From the human T2T-CHM13v2.0 reference genome, Homo sapiens, in NCBI RefSeq assembly GCF_009914755.1, contig NC_060926.1: 64,000 nt of DNA. One strand, given 5' to 3'. Positions 39,955 through 52,750 of the stretch are shown one piece after another. The translations under genes and the position numbers were made by a program. The stretch's first letter is position 1. Each line of letters begins with the position of its first letter. The notes under the pieces were generated by a model, which was not told where the DNA came from, ran no database searches, and saw only the letters and a program-made list of their open reading frames with translations.

Positions 39955-40628
39955 TGATAGTGACAGGAGGCAGCCAAATGGCTAGGTAGATAAAGATGGG
40001 TCCCTGGTGAAACTCCACCTTAAAGACAAAAAACAGTCCGAAGGCTGAAAGTCCTAACTGCTAATCCTGCATGAAACCCACAACCCAGAGTGAGAACTTC
40101 TGTTCCTGTTTGCCCACCCTTTCCTGATTTATTCTTTCTAAATAATGCCTTTTAACCAAACGAATGTTGCCTTTTCCAATACTGTTATACTACAGCTTGC
40201 TCCTTCCCTATTCTGAGCCCATAAAAGCCCCAGACTCAGCCACATTGAGAGGACTTTTTCTGCATTCTGGTAGGGGGACCACCCCTGCATCCCCTTTCTG
40301 TGGAAAGCTGTTTCATCATTCAATAAAACTCCCCAACTTGCTCACTCATTGATTGCCAGCATATCCTCATTCTTCTTGGATGCTGGACAAGAATTTGGGA
40401 CCCACCAAGAGCAGACACCCAGAAAGTCTGCCTCACAGGCCTTCTGCCCTCACTGGCAGAGGGCAGCCACCACTCACAAAAGGGCCAGGGGCCAACTGAG
40501 TGGCCAACCAGATCCTGCACTCACTTGCTCACATGCTCCTTCCTGCAAGGAATTGAGTGTAGCAGGCCAAGTAGACATGGCAACCCTGCTGTGAGTCCAG
40601 CAAAGGGACCAAGAGAAAATTCCTGTCA
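39955..40628 (+). mobile_element. LTR27/LTR1-family ERV1 solo LTR
   Basis: TGATAGTGACAGGAGGCAGCC..CCCATAAAAGCCCCAGACTCAG..CAATAAAACTC..AAAATTCCTGTCA; TSD CTTC/CTTT. Confidence 0.8.
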
Positions 40629-40834
40629 CTTTCTCTAGTGGTCTGAGAAAGGTTTTGATCTTACTACCATGGAAATAAATAGTAAACAGGCCCAATGAGA
40701 ATTCAATCTCCCTATATCTTGCAAATAATTTATATGACCACATTAAACACATTGAAAATTACAAAGAAAGAGAAGTATATCTTTGAAAGTATGTGAAACA
40801 AGATTCAGGAGAAAACATTTTATATTCTCTAGAT

Positions 40835-41215
40835 CAGGGGCCCCCAACCCCTGGTATGCAGACCAGTACTAGTCTGCATCTTGTTAGGAACCAGATCGCA
40901 CAGCAGGGGATGAGTGGTGGGTGAGTGAGCGAAGCTTCAACTGTATTTACAGCCTCCCCTCATTGCTCAGTTACCACCTGAGCTCTGCCTCCTGTCAGAT
41001 CAGTGGCAGCATTAGATTCTCATAGGAGAATGAACCCTATTTTGAACTGCACATGTGAGGGATCTAGGTTGTGTGCTCCTTATGATAATCTAACTAATGC
41101 CTGTTGACCTGAGGTGGAACAGTTTCATCTTGAAACCATCCCCAACCCACCAACTGTGGAAAAACTGTCTTCTATGAAACCAGTCCCTGGTGCCAAAAAA
41201 GGCTGGGGACCACTT
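40835..41215 (+). mobile_element. MER1 (A/B) hAT-Charlie element
   Basis: CAGGGGCCCCCAACC..GGGGACCACT termini; TSD CTCTAGAT/CTCTAGAA. Confidence 0.93.
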
Positions 41216-42099
41216 CTCTAGAATATAAGAATATCTAGCTTCTTGTAAATTAGTAGCAAAAAGTCATGAGGAGATAAAATCTGGAAAGAAACAGGCATTG
41301 GGGAGCAATGAAATAAGTATGCATGAAGTAAAATGTGTAAAGAAATTAAAGCAAATTTACAGCATCCACACTGGCAGCAGTAAAAGGCTAATGTAATAAA
41401 GCAAAAAATAAAAGTTGCACCATGGAAGATGAACTCAGGGGCTTTTCCTGTATTAATTTATTTAAATGGAAAAGTAAGTGAAAATGACTAATATGAAGGG
41501 AAAACTAAAGAATCAACAGAAAGATCATTTGCAATGCTGTGTGTAGAAAAAATTGTAAAAAATATAACGAGTGATAGAACAAATAATCCTTTTTTGTACT
41601 AAAGGAAGTCTTTATATGAAGTACTTATGGGACAACAAAATCAATTTTAAAAAACACATAAGGATTTATCATTGCAATTTTTGATAATTATAAGGAGTGG
41701 GGGAACAATCAGATTAGAGTTCTTGATGAAACACTCTTTTTTTAAAGTGACCTTTAAAACATTTAACAATCTATGTTGGCTAATATTTGCAAAGATATTC
41801 CTGCATATGTTGGTTTTGGGAAACAAATGAGCACACAACTCCTTATTTCAAAAGTTTTAATTCAATGTGCTTCACTATTGGCAAATATAAAACTTAACTA
41901 TAGAAGAAAAACATAGAGGGCAATAATATTTAATATCACTTAATACACACTGGGGTTATAGCTAAATAATTCCTTTAAATCAGGTTATAAAAACAAAACT
42001 GAAGGTTTAAATATACTTTATATAAAGGATATATATTAAATAATGATGAAATAATAACCCACAACAATTCTTTATTGAATTACTATACTATCCAAGCAT

Positions 42100-42260
42100 A
42101 ATTGATGCATATCTTATATAACTTTCATCATGATATTATCATGTATATATTTCTATTTTACAGGTGAGTAAATAAAACTAATAATTTTTTTTTCTTTTTT
42201 CCTAATGACCACAAAGTAAAAAAATAAGGAAAGGTTTTAAATCATCTGTTGCCTGACAAT
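42100..42260 (-). mobile_element. MIR
   Basis: CTATTTTACAGGTGAGTAAA..CCTAATGACCACA. Confidence 0.5.
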
Positions 42261-42612
42261 AAATTTGACAACAAATTTTATTCATCTGCTCCATGGAACA
42301 TATACTAATATCTATATACTTTTTTTTTTAAAAAAAGAAAAGAATGATTTTCACATATGAGGAATTAAAAAACATAATTCCCCTCCCCACACTTACTGGA
42401 GGCATTTTTAAGTTAGTTATTGTTAATATTCACACTGCTTCTAATTTTCCTAAAGACACAATCTTACATAATTTTAAATTTGCCATCTTTTCATTCTTCT
42501 ATATAATTTATCTTAATTCCTTTCTGCTTAGAGCTTTTTATTCTCTCCCTTTTTGACTTTTTTCAATAATGGCCAATACCATTATTTTTCCAAGGCCTAC
42601 TGGCTTATTCTT

Positions 42613-42773
42613 TGTTTTTTGTTTTTTTTTTTTAAATTTTATTCTATTTAATAGAGATGAGGTCTTACTATGTGGCTCACATTGGTCTTGAACTTCTGGA
42701 CTCACACAATCTGATCTCCCACTTCTGCCTCCTGAAGTGCTGGGAATATAGGTGTGAGTCACTGTCCGTGGCC
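42613..42773 (-). mobile_element. FLAM (free left Alu monomer)
   Basis: AGAGATGAGGTCTTACTATG..AAGTGCTGGGAATATAGGTGTGAG; TSD core TGGCTTATTCTT at 42601-42612 and 42778-42789. Confidence 0.88.
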
Positions 42774-43059
42774 CCATTGGCTTATTCTTAACTGATTAGA
42801 ATAGAGCCATAGGTGCGTATATATCCTTGGTTATTTTGTCTCTACCTGCTTCTATATATTCCACGTATCCCATAAATAGATGATGAGGACATCTTTTCCA
42901 AGCACAATATCCACCTGACATGCTGTTTTATATTTTATAATCTCCCTTAGTTGGCCTTTAAGGCTGTGACCCACTGGTCTCCTAACCCAATTTAACATCA
43001 TACTTCTTGCTAGATCTAAGACTGAAAGTAGTGACATACAAGGTAAAATGCATGCACAT

Positions 43060-43265
43060 TGAAAGTAGGCAGACTAGAGTTAGAATTCAGGATTCACCAT
43101 TTACCAGCTGTGAGACATTGAGGTCATTTGAATATTTTCCTCTTTAAGTAATCATATGTTTAATAATAAAAGTAGAATCCACATTGCAAATTTTTTGTGA
43201 TGACTACATTTCATACCTTTTTGAAATCAGCTATCCTGTTGTGAGGGCTCAAAAAATGCTAATCA
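43060..43265 (+). mobile_element. MIR
   Basis: GGCAGACTAGAGTTAGAATTC..CACCATTTACCAGCTGTGAGAC. Confidence 0.7.
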
Positions 43266-44779
43266 ATGTCCAAATTGAATGCATAGTTCAGTTGTGAAAG
43301 TTTTGTTCTTAAAATAATATATTCTCTCTTTCCCTCTCTCTCTTTTTTCTGTGTCTGTGTCCGTGTCAGAGGTGGGGTGGGGTGAAGCGTGTGTGTGAGA
43401 TTCCCAGCTGAGAAAGTGCGGGCTTAAAGTATTTCAAAAATTGTAGGCTGTGTGTTAAAATATTTATGAGGGTTGTTAAATTACTACTTTTATGATAATA
43501 GTTTTGTTAATTTTATAATGGTATTCAACATACAATGTATGATTTTTGTTGTATTTCTTGCTTTTTTATCTCCCAAGTTTAGATGCTGCTAAATAAATAA
43601 ATAAATGTTCAAAACTTAAATATTAAAAGAAAATATTTGTTGGTACTTTTGTTGTTACTATTGCCTTAGCTTTTGACATTAAGTTACTGTTGGGAAAGAA
43701 AGAACATTTACGCTAGTCTTGATGTAACACATTTATAAAAAAGTAACAGTTAAATCTATAAAACTTATTTAAAAGCGATTGGTCAGAGCACAGTTTCATT
43801 TTAAAGTTGTCATTTAAGAATACTCAAATGCACATAATAAAAGTTGACATTTCATAGTATTATCTACTATTCAAAAATAATTCTTATTATTTTTCACTAT
43901 TGATGTCATGTTGAAAGAAAATAGGAACATCTCCTATTGTGTATTAAATGCTAAGAAGTCGTCTTCTTTAAGAGAACAAGGGGAATTGGAACACATTTTC
44001 AATAGACCCCCACCGTCTGCATCACAAAATATAGAAATAGTGTAAAATTTGTATTGTGTTAACTAAGTAATGCAAGAAGAGAAATTCAGTATGAATAAAT
44101 AAATCTGTAAGAGAAAATCCTGGAGTGTGCACTTCTTTGCAGAGGTCCTTATGGTATATACATAGGTAAGTAGCTAGACAAACCAGTGGAAAGATAGAGA
44201 ATATTACTGGCAACACTGCTAATTCCCCTATTGTTTGCCATCAGGATCTTTGATATTCAGTGAGTAGAATTTTTAATCTTTACTTTGGGAAGAAAAAACA
44301 TGAGGCAGATTTCTCTGAATTAACAGAGTACTATGACAAGATCATATTTTAAAAAGTCTTATGTATTTAACACCTTTAAATACCTACTTTGTGTTTTAAT
44401 TACATACTTTGTGTTTTAAACAATTTTTTCTGTTATTTAGATGAGATTTAGAAATGTCAAAAATCAAGAAAATAGGAAAGAGAAAATTATTCATAACATT
44501 AGCAACAAAACCATTTTAAAAGAATATGTCTAATTTTCTTTTTGGTACATGGTGATTGAGAAGTTTTTAAAAATGTTGCCTCTCCTGAAGGAAAAGATGG
44601 ATAATTTGGGGATATTAAATCTGTCCCAATGCAAAGCTTTATCTCCTCTAAAAGAGCTATTTCTCTAATAAATCAGGAACAGTATTTTAATTATGTATGG
44701 CATTTATTTCAGCATTCCAATCAGTGCAATTCATTGGACAGCTTTCTTTTGTCAGGCATAACACACAGACAGATGAAAA

Positions 44780-47065
44780 TTTATCCTGTAACCTCAAAAA
44801 TCTAACAATTTTTAAGAGAGATATAGAAATATATCAAAATATAATATTTCAGATATCATTGGAACTTTTGACAGTCATCATATATGAAACCACAAAAAAG
44901 CCTTAATAAATTTATAAAAATATAAACTCATTCTCTTATGGAAATTCAATAAAATTATAAATGAATAATAAAATGTCAGGCAATAGACCTTTTAGTTGGA
45001 AAATTGTAAACTCCCTTTAAACAATTATGGATTAAATTAAAATTTCAGAATCTAGAAAATAAACCACATATCAGAACTTATCATATATAACTATGAAAGA
45101 GCTCTGAAGTAACGTCATTATATCAAACTTTCATAGTACTTGATGAAAAAGAAATAAAACTAAATGAAACACTTCTATAATTAGCTATCATGGCTCCACT
45201 TGTATTACACAAACTCTTTTCTTGAGAACAACTATAAAACTAGATAACACACCAGGAAAATAAAAATCCCAACTGTTTGAAGGCATGAGAAAGAGAGCAA
45301 TAAATTCAGGACTTGAAGGGGATAGAAGAAATATTCTTTCCCTGAATCCTTTCTCCTCTAAGGTCATTTCTCGATTCTTGATGCAAAAATTTGCAGCCCG
45401 GTTAAAAGCAGCAATCTAGAGGTTTTGCAAAAGTATCAAAGGTCTGGGAAGATGAAAATTGGAATCCAGATCAACTAAAGTAGCAAAGTCTTGAAACCAA
45501 GATTAGGGAACCCGTTATTAGAAGCCAAGAAAAGGAAACTACAGATATGAGCCTGACCTTCTATGTGAATTTAGACCACAATTTATTGCCAAATTCTAAA
45601 GGGGTAAGAGACAGCAACCAGCTATAAAACTGCCTCACAGAGCTGAGGAAAAAAAAAAAAAAAAAGCAATATAATGCTCAAGCTTAACAAGAAACTGTGT
45701 ACTTGGTCAGCATGCTAGTATTTCTATTGAGATCCCTGATAAGATATAACCTAGGAGTAGGGCAAACTAGAATTAGACATGACTTCTTCCCTTTTAACAG
45801 CCACTCCACGTCCAAAGGACTTCAAACAAATGCAATTGCTAATGGGGTCAGTTGCTTATTCACCCTACTCGCACTCTGGTCCATCCAAGAACTATCTTCT
45901 ATTAGGAGACATGTGGAATCATCCAGAGGCTGTGTGATTTAATATATACAGCATCTAAGATTAAATATAAAATGTGGTAACTACATGGTGCGATAGAACT
46001 TGGTGACCAAATGCTAAGATAAAAGGTCAACATAAAGATACCTGAAATAGTTCAGATTTGGGAGCTATCAGGCATGGACCTTCAGTTTGCTGTGCTTAAT
46101 ATGGTTAAGAAATAGATGACAAGATGGAGCATCCCACAACTGAACCTAATCTTACAAATATATAATTATATATAAATTCTATAGTAAAATATAATAACCA
46201 AAATTAACAACTCAGTAGATGGGTATGATAGTAGAGTAGATGTAACATCCCCATTGAAATGGTACTAAGCATTTGGAAACAATTAGGTTAAGAAAAGATC
46301 ATGAGAGTTGGGTCATCATGATAGGGTTAGTGTCCTTATAAGAAGATTCCAGAGAGCTGGATGGCTGTCTGTCTGCCGTGTGGGGACACAGGAAGAAAAT
46401 AGCTGTCTGCAAGCCACAACGCAGACTATTACCAGTTATTAAATAGCTAGCACTCAGACTCTAGGGCTTCCTAGTCTTCAGAACTGTGAGAAATAAACTT
46501 TTGTTGTTTAAGCTACCCAGTCTATATTACTAAATTATAGGAGCCCAACCAGAAGAAGACACCAGAATATTTTCTAGATCAGTAGAAAACATTGAGTGAA
46601 ACAGGAAAGCAGAAAAAGTTAAAAAATACAGATAATAGTATAAAATGATTATGGAAAAATATACAGTTCTAATATACAGGTGATTAAAATACTAAACAGA
46701 TTTAGAATAGTTTCGCAAGCAATATTTGAATAGATAGTAGAAGAGAGTTTATCAAATTAATACAAATCCTACGCACAAAAATTCAAGAAGCCATGCAAAC
46801 CCCAAGTGGGATGACCTCCCTGCCCCACCACACATAGCCCATAGGGTACATTAAATAAAAGTATTAAAAACTAAAGTCAAGGACAAACATTTTAAAACAG
46901 CTAAAAGAAAAAAAAAAATTCATTTCCTTTAAAAATGAAACTTTAGGAATAACAGTTATTTTTATCAGAAATTCTATAAATTAGAAGATGATAAAATGGT
47001 GATGAAAACACTATCAACACAGAATTTAGTATCTAATGAAAATAACCCTCCATGTAAAACATTGA
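44780..47065 (+). mobile_element. Old L1M fragments (ORF2 piece, then 5'UTR/ORF1), interrupted by MLT1A
   Basis: AACCACATATCAGAACTTAT; AACAACTATAAAACTAGATAA; AAGCAATATTTGAA..ATTCAAGAAGC..CAAACCCCAAG. Confidence 0.6.
46243..46561 (+). mobile_element. MLT1A-type LTR (5' end eroded)
   Basis: TAGTGTCCTTATAAGAAGA..CAGAACTGTGAGAAATAAAC..TTTAAGCTACCCAGTCTAT. Confidence 0.85.
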
Positions 47066-49863
47066 ATCTAAAATGTCTACTTAATGGGCCCACATCACTA
47101 AATCTAAACCGATCTCATTTCTTACTCCTTCCTGCTAAATTCCACATCCTTAATATGCATTTCCAAACATATTTTGCTAATTATGTTGACATAAATTTGA
47201 AAATTTATGCAATTCTTTTGGTGTTTACCTCACCTTCTTTTGTAATGTATTCTTTGGCTGTGTTGGGACATGAGTCTAGTTATAGGTCCATCGGCAAAAA
47301 GAGGTAGATAATATGATTCAACATGTAAATATTATTTAAGATTTCTTATATGGGTTTACCTATCACGTGTAAGATGCATACCCATGAGCATATTTGCATT
47401 TTTAAAACTATATTTTATAATAATTATGATTATCTCTATAGGATAGATTTTTGATAAATTTGCTTTTAAAAATTCTTACTTTATTTTGTTATCCTAAATG
47501 AGCATTTATTAGTGGCATAAAAATCCCCAAAATTAAAGATCATATATGTGAATTATTTATGCAATAAAATAATTTTTAATAAATACTACAAACCTAAACA
47601 TTTGACACAGATTTATGACTTTCACAACCTCAACACTTAGAGTTAGATCTAGGGCTAAAGAGTGTGTCTTCAGAGATGCAGGAATTGAATTATTAGGAAT
47701 ATTAATTACAATTTCAGTGTCTCAGAATAGAAGGCTCAGCTTAGGAAAAAAGTGGTTTAACACTAAGAATATTACAGTAAAGCCCAACATACTTTTTAAA
47801 AATGAAGGCCACAGGATGGATCATGGATCCATCTGGAAGAATTTACATGAATGAAATTGGGGGAGGGGGGGCTTTTTTCTGTTTTTTGGTATTTCTAAGT
47901 TGAGTAATGCTATAACTCCTAAAATTAGAAGCCTGCAGATAATATAGGACCTATTTGGAAAGCATAGCAAACATTTATGTGCAAAAAATAAAAATGAGAT
48001 GTGGGATGGAAAAGTGAATTTAAACTTGGCAAAAGAGGCAAAATAATGTAAACATTTGGAAATATTTAGGACAGGACAAATTAGGCTGGATCATAATAGG
48101 TGAAAATGTCTGGAGAACAATACCACTAAATGTAATATTTCTTCACTATGTTGTCACACATGGGCTCATAAAATGTACATACCAACACAATCCAGTTAAA
48201 TAGCATTTTATTAGTTTTTTTTTGTAAAATTATGACTGGAGGTCATGGCAATGAGATTATCATGTGCCTTTTATAACAGGTCACATAATACCTTTTGTGT
48301 ACATTAAATTTTAGGAAATGTTTTATCTCTGCAAACGAATTTGTAAATTTTCTATAGTCATAAAAAGAATACAAAAAAAGCAAAAAACAAAACATTCTTG
48401 TTATGGAAAGAAGAGGACATATAAAATATATACTATAAAAACTTAATGGGTAGATTTCATCTTTCCTTTGATCAATATTGAAAAGAATGTATGTCAGACT
48501 AATTCTCATCTTTTAGCAATCTCAATAATGGACACAACTAAGCATATTTCCACCTACTAAAATATTTTCTTATGTTCAATTCAAATGCTTTTTCTTTGTT
48601 TTTTTGCAGTGAAGTTAGGTGTGAAGTTGCCCGACTATAGGCAACAAGGCCATTTCTTATGGGGAATGTTGGTTCTGTTCAATAATATATGTTCAAAAAG
48701 CTCCTTTTCATGATGAAAACACCTGGGATAATATGGCTTTTGAATACTTTCTGATATTGCAAATAAATAAAACTTGAAGCCTTTGCCTAAGGAAAAAAGA
48801 GCACACCTCAGGAAATGAGTTAGATGTGTTGGTGTCTTTGCACTTTACTGTTGCCGTGCATCACATTTATGATGACATAATAAATAGTCATAATAGAAAA
48901 AGGGTAGTTAGAATAAAATAAAGTGGCCCATCAAGTATTCAGCCCAAGTTTATTACCACAGTGGACTCGGGTTATAATTACCAACAGAGGAGAGAATAAC
49001 TATAAGTTATTTTGATGTAAAAAGCATATTATCCTAAGCCAACATAATAACACAGTTTTTATGAAGCACAATAATTACTTTGAAGACTCACAGAAGTGCA
49101 TTTTTCTAAAAGAAGGAGGTAAGTGTTGATAAGCTTCTACTGAATTTTACAGTTGCAATGAACAAAAATAATTGTCATGGCAAAATAATAGAAGTGTGTT
49201 GATTTTCGTTGCAATGCTTGAGAGATTAAATTGTAAAATTAAAAAATACTTATTAAATAGTATGAAATGTATTATGTTTAATGTATTTATTTCGAAATGA
49301 CTTTTTTATAGACATTTTTTGTATATTAAATGTTGTTTGTTGTCCTTCACTAGTAGTATGCAGATTGTTATTGTTGCTAAGAATGCTTTTCTGTAATACT
49401 TTAGTGAATTAATATAGGAGAAAATGGCTTTAAAGTAAGTATTTATTTAAATATCTACTTTATAAAACTCTCATTAAGATTTGATCTCAAGCTACTATGA
49501 TTTTATCACTATATTTGATTTTACATTTGGAAGCTTAGAGAAAAATCAAATGTTATCCCCAGTTACTTAATGTCTGTTAAGTAATTAAGGCTCATTAATA
49601 TACATTTGAAAGCAAATGACAGGCAGTTAAAAAAAAAAAAAACAGGGTCAGGAATAAGTCATGGTAGGACTAAGCTGTTATGCTGGGACAGCATGGAAAG
49701 AGGTATGAGTTTGTACAAAGACTATTTATACAAATCTGACTATAGGCTATATGCTGATGGACCAGATTGATCATGAGGAAAACACCTGACATAAAATAGT
49801 TGAATATCTTAAGTTTAGTGATACGTGAGTAGTTTTAGAAATGTAAGGAGAAATAAAAAATAT

Positions 49864-50110
49864 GGTTGGGCACAGTGGCCCACACATGTAATCCCAGCAC
49901 TTTGGGAGGCCGAGGCGAGTGGATTGCTTGAGTTCGCGAGTTTGAGACCAGCCTGGAAACATGGGAAACCCCATTCTTCCAATAAAAATAAAAATAAATT
50001 AGCTGGGTGTGGTGGTGCGTGTCTATAGTCCCAGCTATTGGGGAGGCTGAGGTGACAGGATGGCTTGAGCCTGGGAAGCAGAGGTTGCAGTGAGCGGAGA
50101 TCGTACCACT
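49864..50110 (+). mobile_element. AluJ, 3'-truncated, no A tail
   Basis: TGTAATCCCAGCACTTTGGGAGGCCGAGG..GATTGCTTGAG..GAGGTTGCAGTGAGC. Confidence 0.92.
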
Positions 50111-51339
50111 ATCGCACCACAGTGGAGGCATCCAGTTCAGAGCTGAAAAATTCCTTGAAACATTAATTTCTCATTTTTTCTGAGATACCTTGTATATTTA
50201 AAGTATAATAAATATGAGAAAATATGTCACATTATACTTTTACTGATTTAACTATTTTCAGATTCTCATACAGAAACAGATTAACAGAAACAGAAACAGC
50301 AACACTAGAGAACAGCAAAATAGTAACATTTCAAATAGTAACATTTCAAGAAAATATATACACCTTCACAGTATGTGGTGGTATCCACTTACTGTCTACT
50401 GCCTCCATAACTCCTAAAGTCTTCTGAAGGTGAGTGGGCAACAAAAATTGTTAAAATACAATGGTTAAGGGGGGTAAAACATTTTTGAACCATGTCTGTA
50501 CCACAACAAAACACCTGATGGGTCAGTGAGAGAGAGCACAAAGGAAATAGCTCTGTGCTTTCAATTCCAGGTAGTATACTAAAAATAATAATCTTATTGC
50601 TTTCCACATTTAACAAATAGAAGTTAACTAATTGTCAGTAGGTAGTCCATTTACATTCTCATTTATCATTATTTTTATTCTGATTATATGTTTATTATTT
50701 CTCATTTTATCTATTTCCTCATTTCAGATTTATTAATGCTTTGAATATATGAGCCACCGTTTCTTTTCACAGCCTTTTCACAACTGGGAATTCTTTAGAG
50801 AAAGGCAATCTTACCTCATTTACTTACTTCATCAGTAATGCCATTACTATGCCTACCTAAGAAGAAAATATATCATGTGGCAGAGGACTAGAAAGAAAAA
50901 ACAACAACAAAAGGCTGTGAAGATTTGATCATATGCCTACGTGTGTGGTGAATACAATATTTCTTTAATCGCAATCAGGAATATAAATCTTATTTTGATG
51001 CTATGACATAATAAAGTGCATTATTTTCCTGAAATTTTCCTCTTGTCTCTGTTTTATATTTGCATAAATAATCCATTTAAATACCAGATTCTAAGATAAC
51101 ATTTGCTATAAATGGTTTTAATTTTATCAGGAGAAATATATTCAAAGGTGTTGTGAACTTACTTTATTTTCATCTATCAATTTATAATTTCTACACAACA
51201 AGGAATAAAAACAGATTTGCATCTCATGTCAGTATAGATAATAATTGTCTCTTCATTAATTTTACATTTGTCTATACACCTAAAAAGAAACCAAGGTGTT
51301 CATAGTGGAAAAAAAATACTTCTTGACATATTTTAGTCA

Positions 51340-51460
51340 TTATTTCTGCAAATGTTTCTTGAGAATCTACCTTTTGCCAGGCACTTTGTGAAGTTATGGA
51401 AATAGCAATGAAAAAAAAGGGGTGCAGGGGTGTGGGGATCCCTGCCTCTAGTGAGTGAAA
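51340..51460 (-). mobile_element. L2 3' end
   Basis: CAAATGTTTCTTGAGAATCTACC..TGCCAGGCACT..ATCCCTGCC. Confidence 0.6.
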
Positions 51461-51496
51461 CATGTAGAAGAATGATAAACAGAATATTCCAGTTAT

Positions 51497-51702
51497 TGAC
51501 ATGGTTTGGGTATTTGTCCCCTTCAAATCTCATGTTGAAATGTGATTCCTGATGTTGGGGATGGGGCCTGGTAGCAAGTACTTGGGTCATGGGGCCGGGT
51601 CCCTCATGAATGGCTCTGTGTGCTTACCGTGGTAGAAAGTGAGTTCTGGCTCCGTTAGTGCACCTGAGAGCTAGTTGTTTAATGGAGTCTCACATCTCCC
51701 TC
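51497..51702 (+). mobile_element. MSTB-like LTR, 5' half
   Basis: TGACATGGTTTGG..CAAATCTCATGTTGAAATGTG..CCCTCATGAATGGCT. Confidence 0.85.
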
Positions 51703-51972
51703 TGGATAGGCATCCAGGCAAAAAAAACAGTAGGTGTAAAAATAGAAAGAAGGTTAGCATGCCTGGAGAGGAGAATAAGAAAAACCAAGGTCGATGGACC
51801 ACCTAAATTCTTGAACAAAATTTGTTTAATGGAAAATTCTAGGTTAAATCTTCAGAAAGTATAAAGATGATGAGACTGAAATAAAACATGCATACTTCAG
51901 ACTTTGAAAAAATAATTAGCTCCAGCTTTCTCACAGTGGGACCTATTCTAGAGAGGGTTACAGAAATCTCTA

Positions 51973-52223
51973 TTTTTTTTTTTTTTTTTTGAGACAGAGT
52001 CTTGCTCTGGCACCAGCCTGGTTCAAGTGGTTCTCCTGCCTCAGCCTCCCGAGTAGCTGGGATTACAGGCACACGCCACTATGCCCAGCTAATTTTTGTA
52101 TTTTTAGTAGAGATGGGGTTTCACCATGTTGGCCAGGATGATCTCAAACTCCTGACCTCGTGATCTGCCCTCCTTGGCCTCTCAAAATGCTGGGATTACA
52201 GGCGTGAGCCACCGCGCCTGACC
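51973..52223 (-). mobile_element. AluS (Sg/Sc-like) with an internal deletion in the right monomer
   Basis: CCTGACCTCGTGATC diagnostic; perfect TSD AGAAATCTCTA; lacks GGAGTGCAGTGG..GCAACCTCC. Confidence 0.93.
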
Positions 52224-52344
52224 AGAAATCTCTAGTCTAACATCATGCCCATCTCACAATCAAATACAACACTCGCACATGATAACACATACACTGGCAC
52301 TGATCTGGGGATTATTCCAACAATTACAGTCCTCTATTTTCCTA

Positions 52345-52750
52345 CATTTTATTTTACTTAAATTGTTTTAAGCACAGCATACATAAAAAAATTAAACTGA
52401 TATATATTTACAGTTCCAAAAAGTTTTACAAAGTAAAAACATATACAACAGCCACTCAGACAAAAAAACAGAAATTGACAGTACCAAAGAAGGCTCTTCT
52501 GTCCTCTTCTAGGAATTTTCATCTCCAAATTAACTTTTTTTTTTTAATTAGAGCAGATAAATTCTGCCTGTGCACATTAAGCACATGCTTGCACCCAATA
52601 TATACTCTTTTATGTCTGTTGTTTTTGCTCAGTATTACACCTGTGAGATTTATACTCTGTGAGGTCTGACACACATATTTTAATTAGGGAATAATCTCTA
52701 TTGTATGAATACACCACAATTCATTTATTCCTCTACTGTTGATGTCTAGC
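52345..52750 (-). mobile_element. L1ME-type 3' end
   Basis: TTTTACAAAGTAAA..CCACTCAGA..TTTTTGCTCAG..TTGTATGAATACACCACAATT. Confidence 0.7.
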
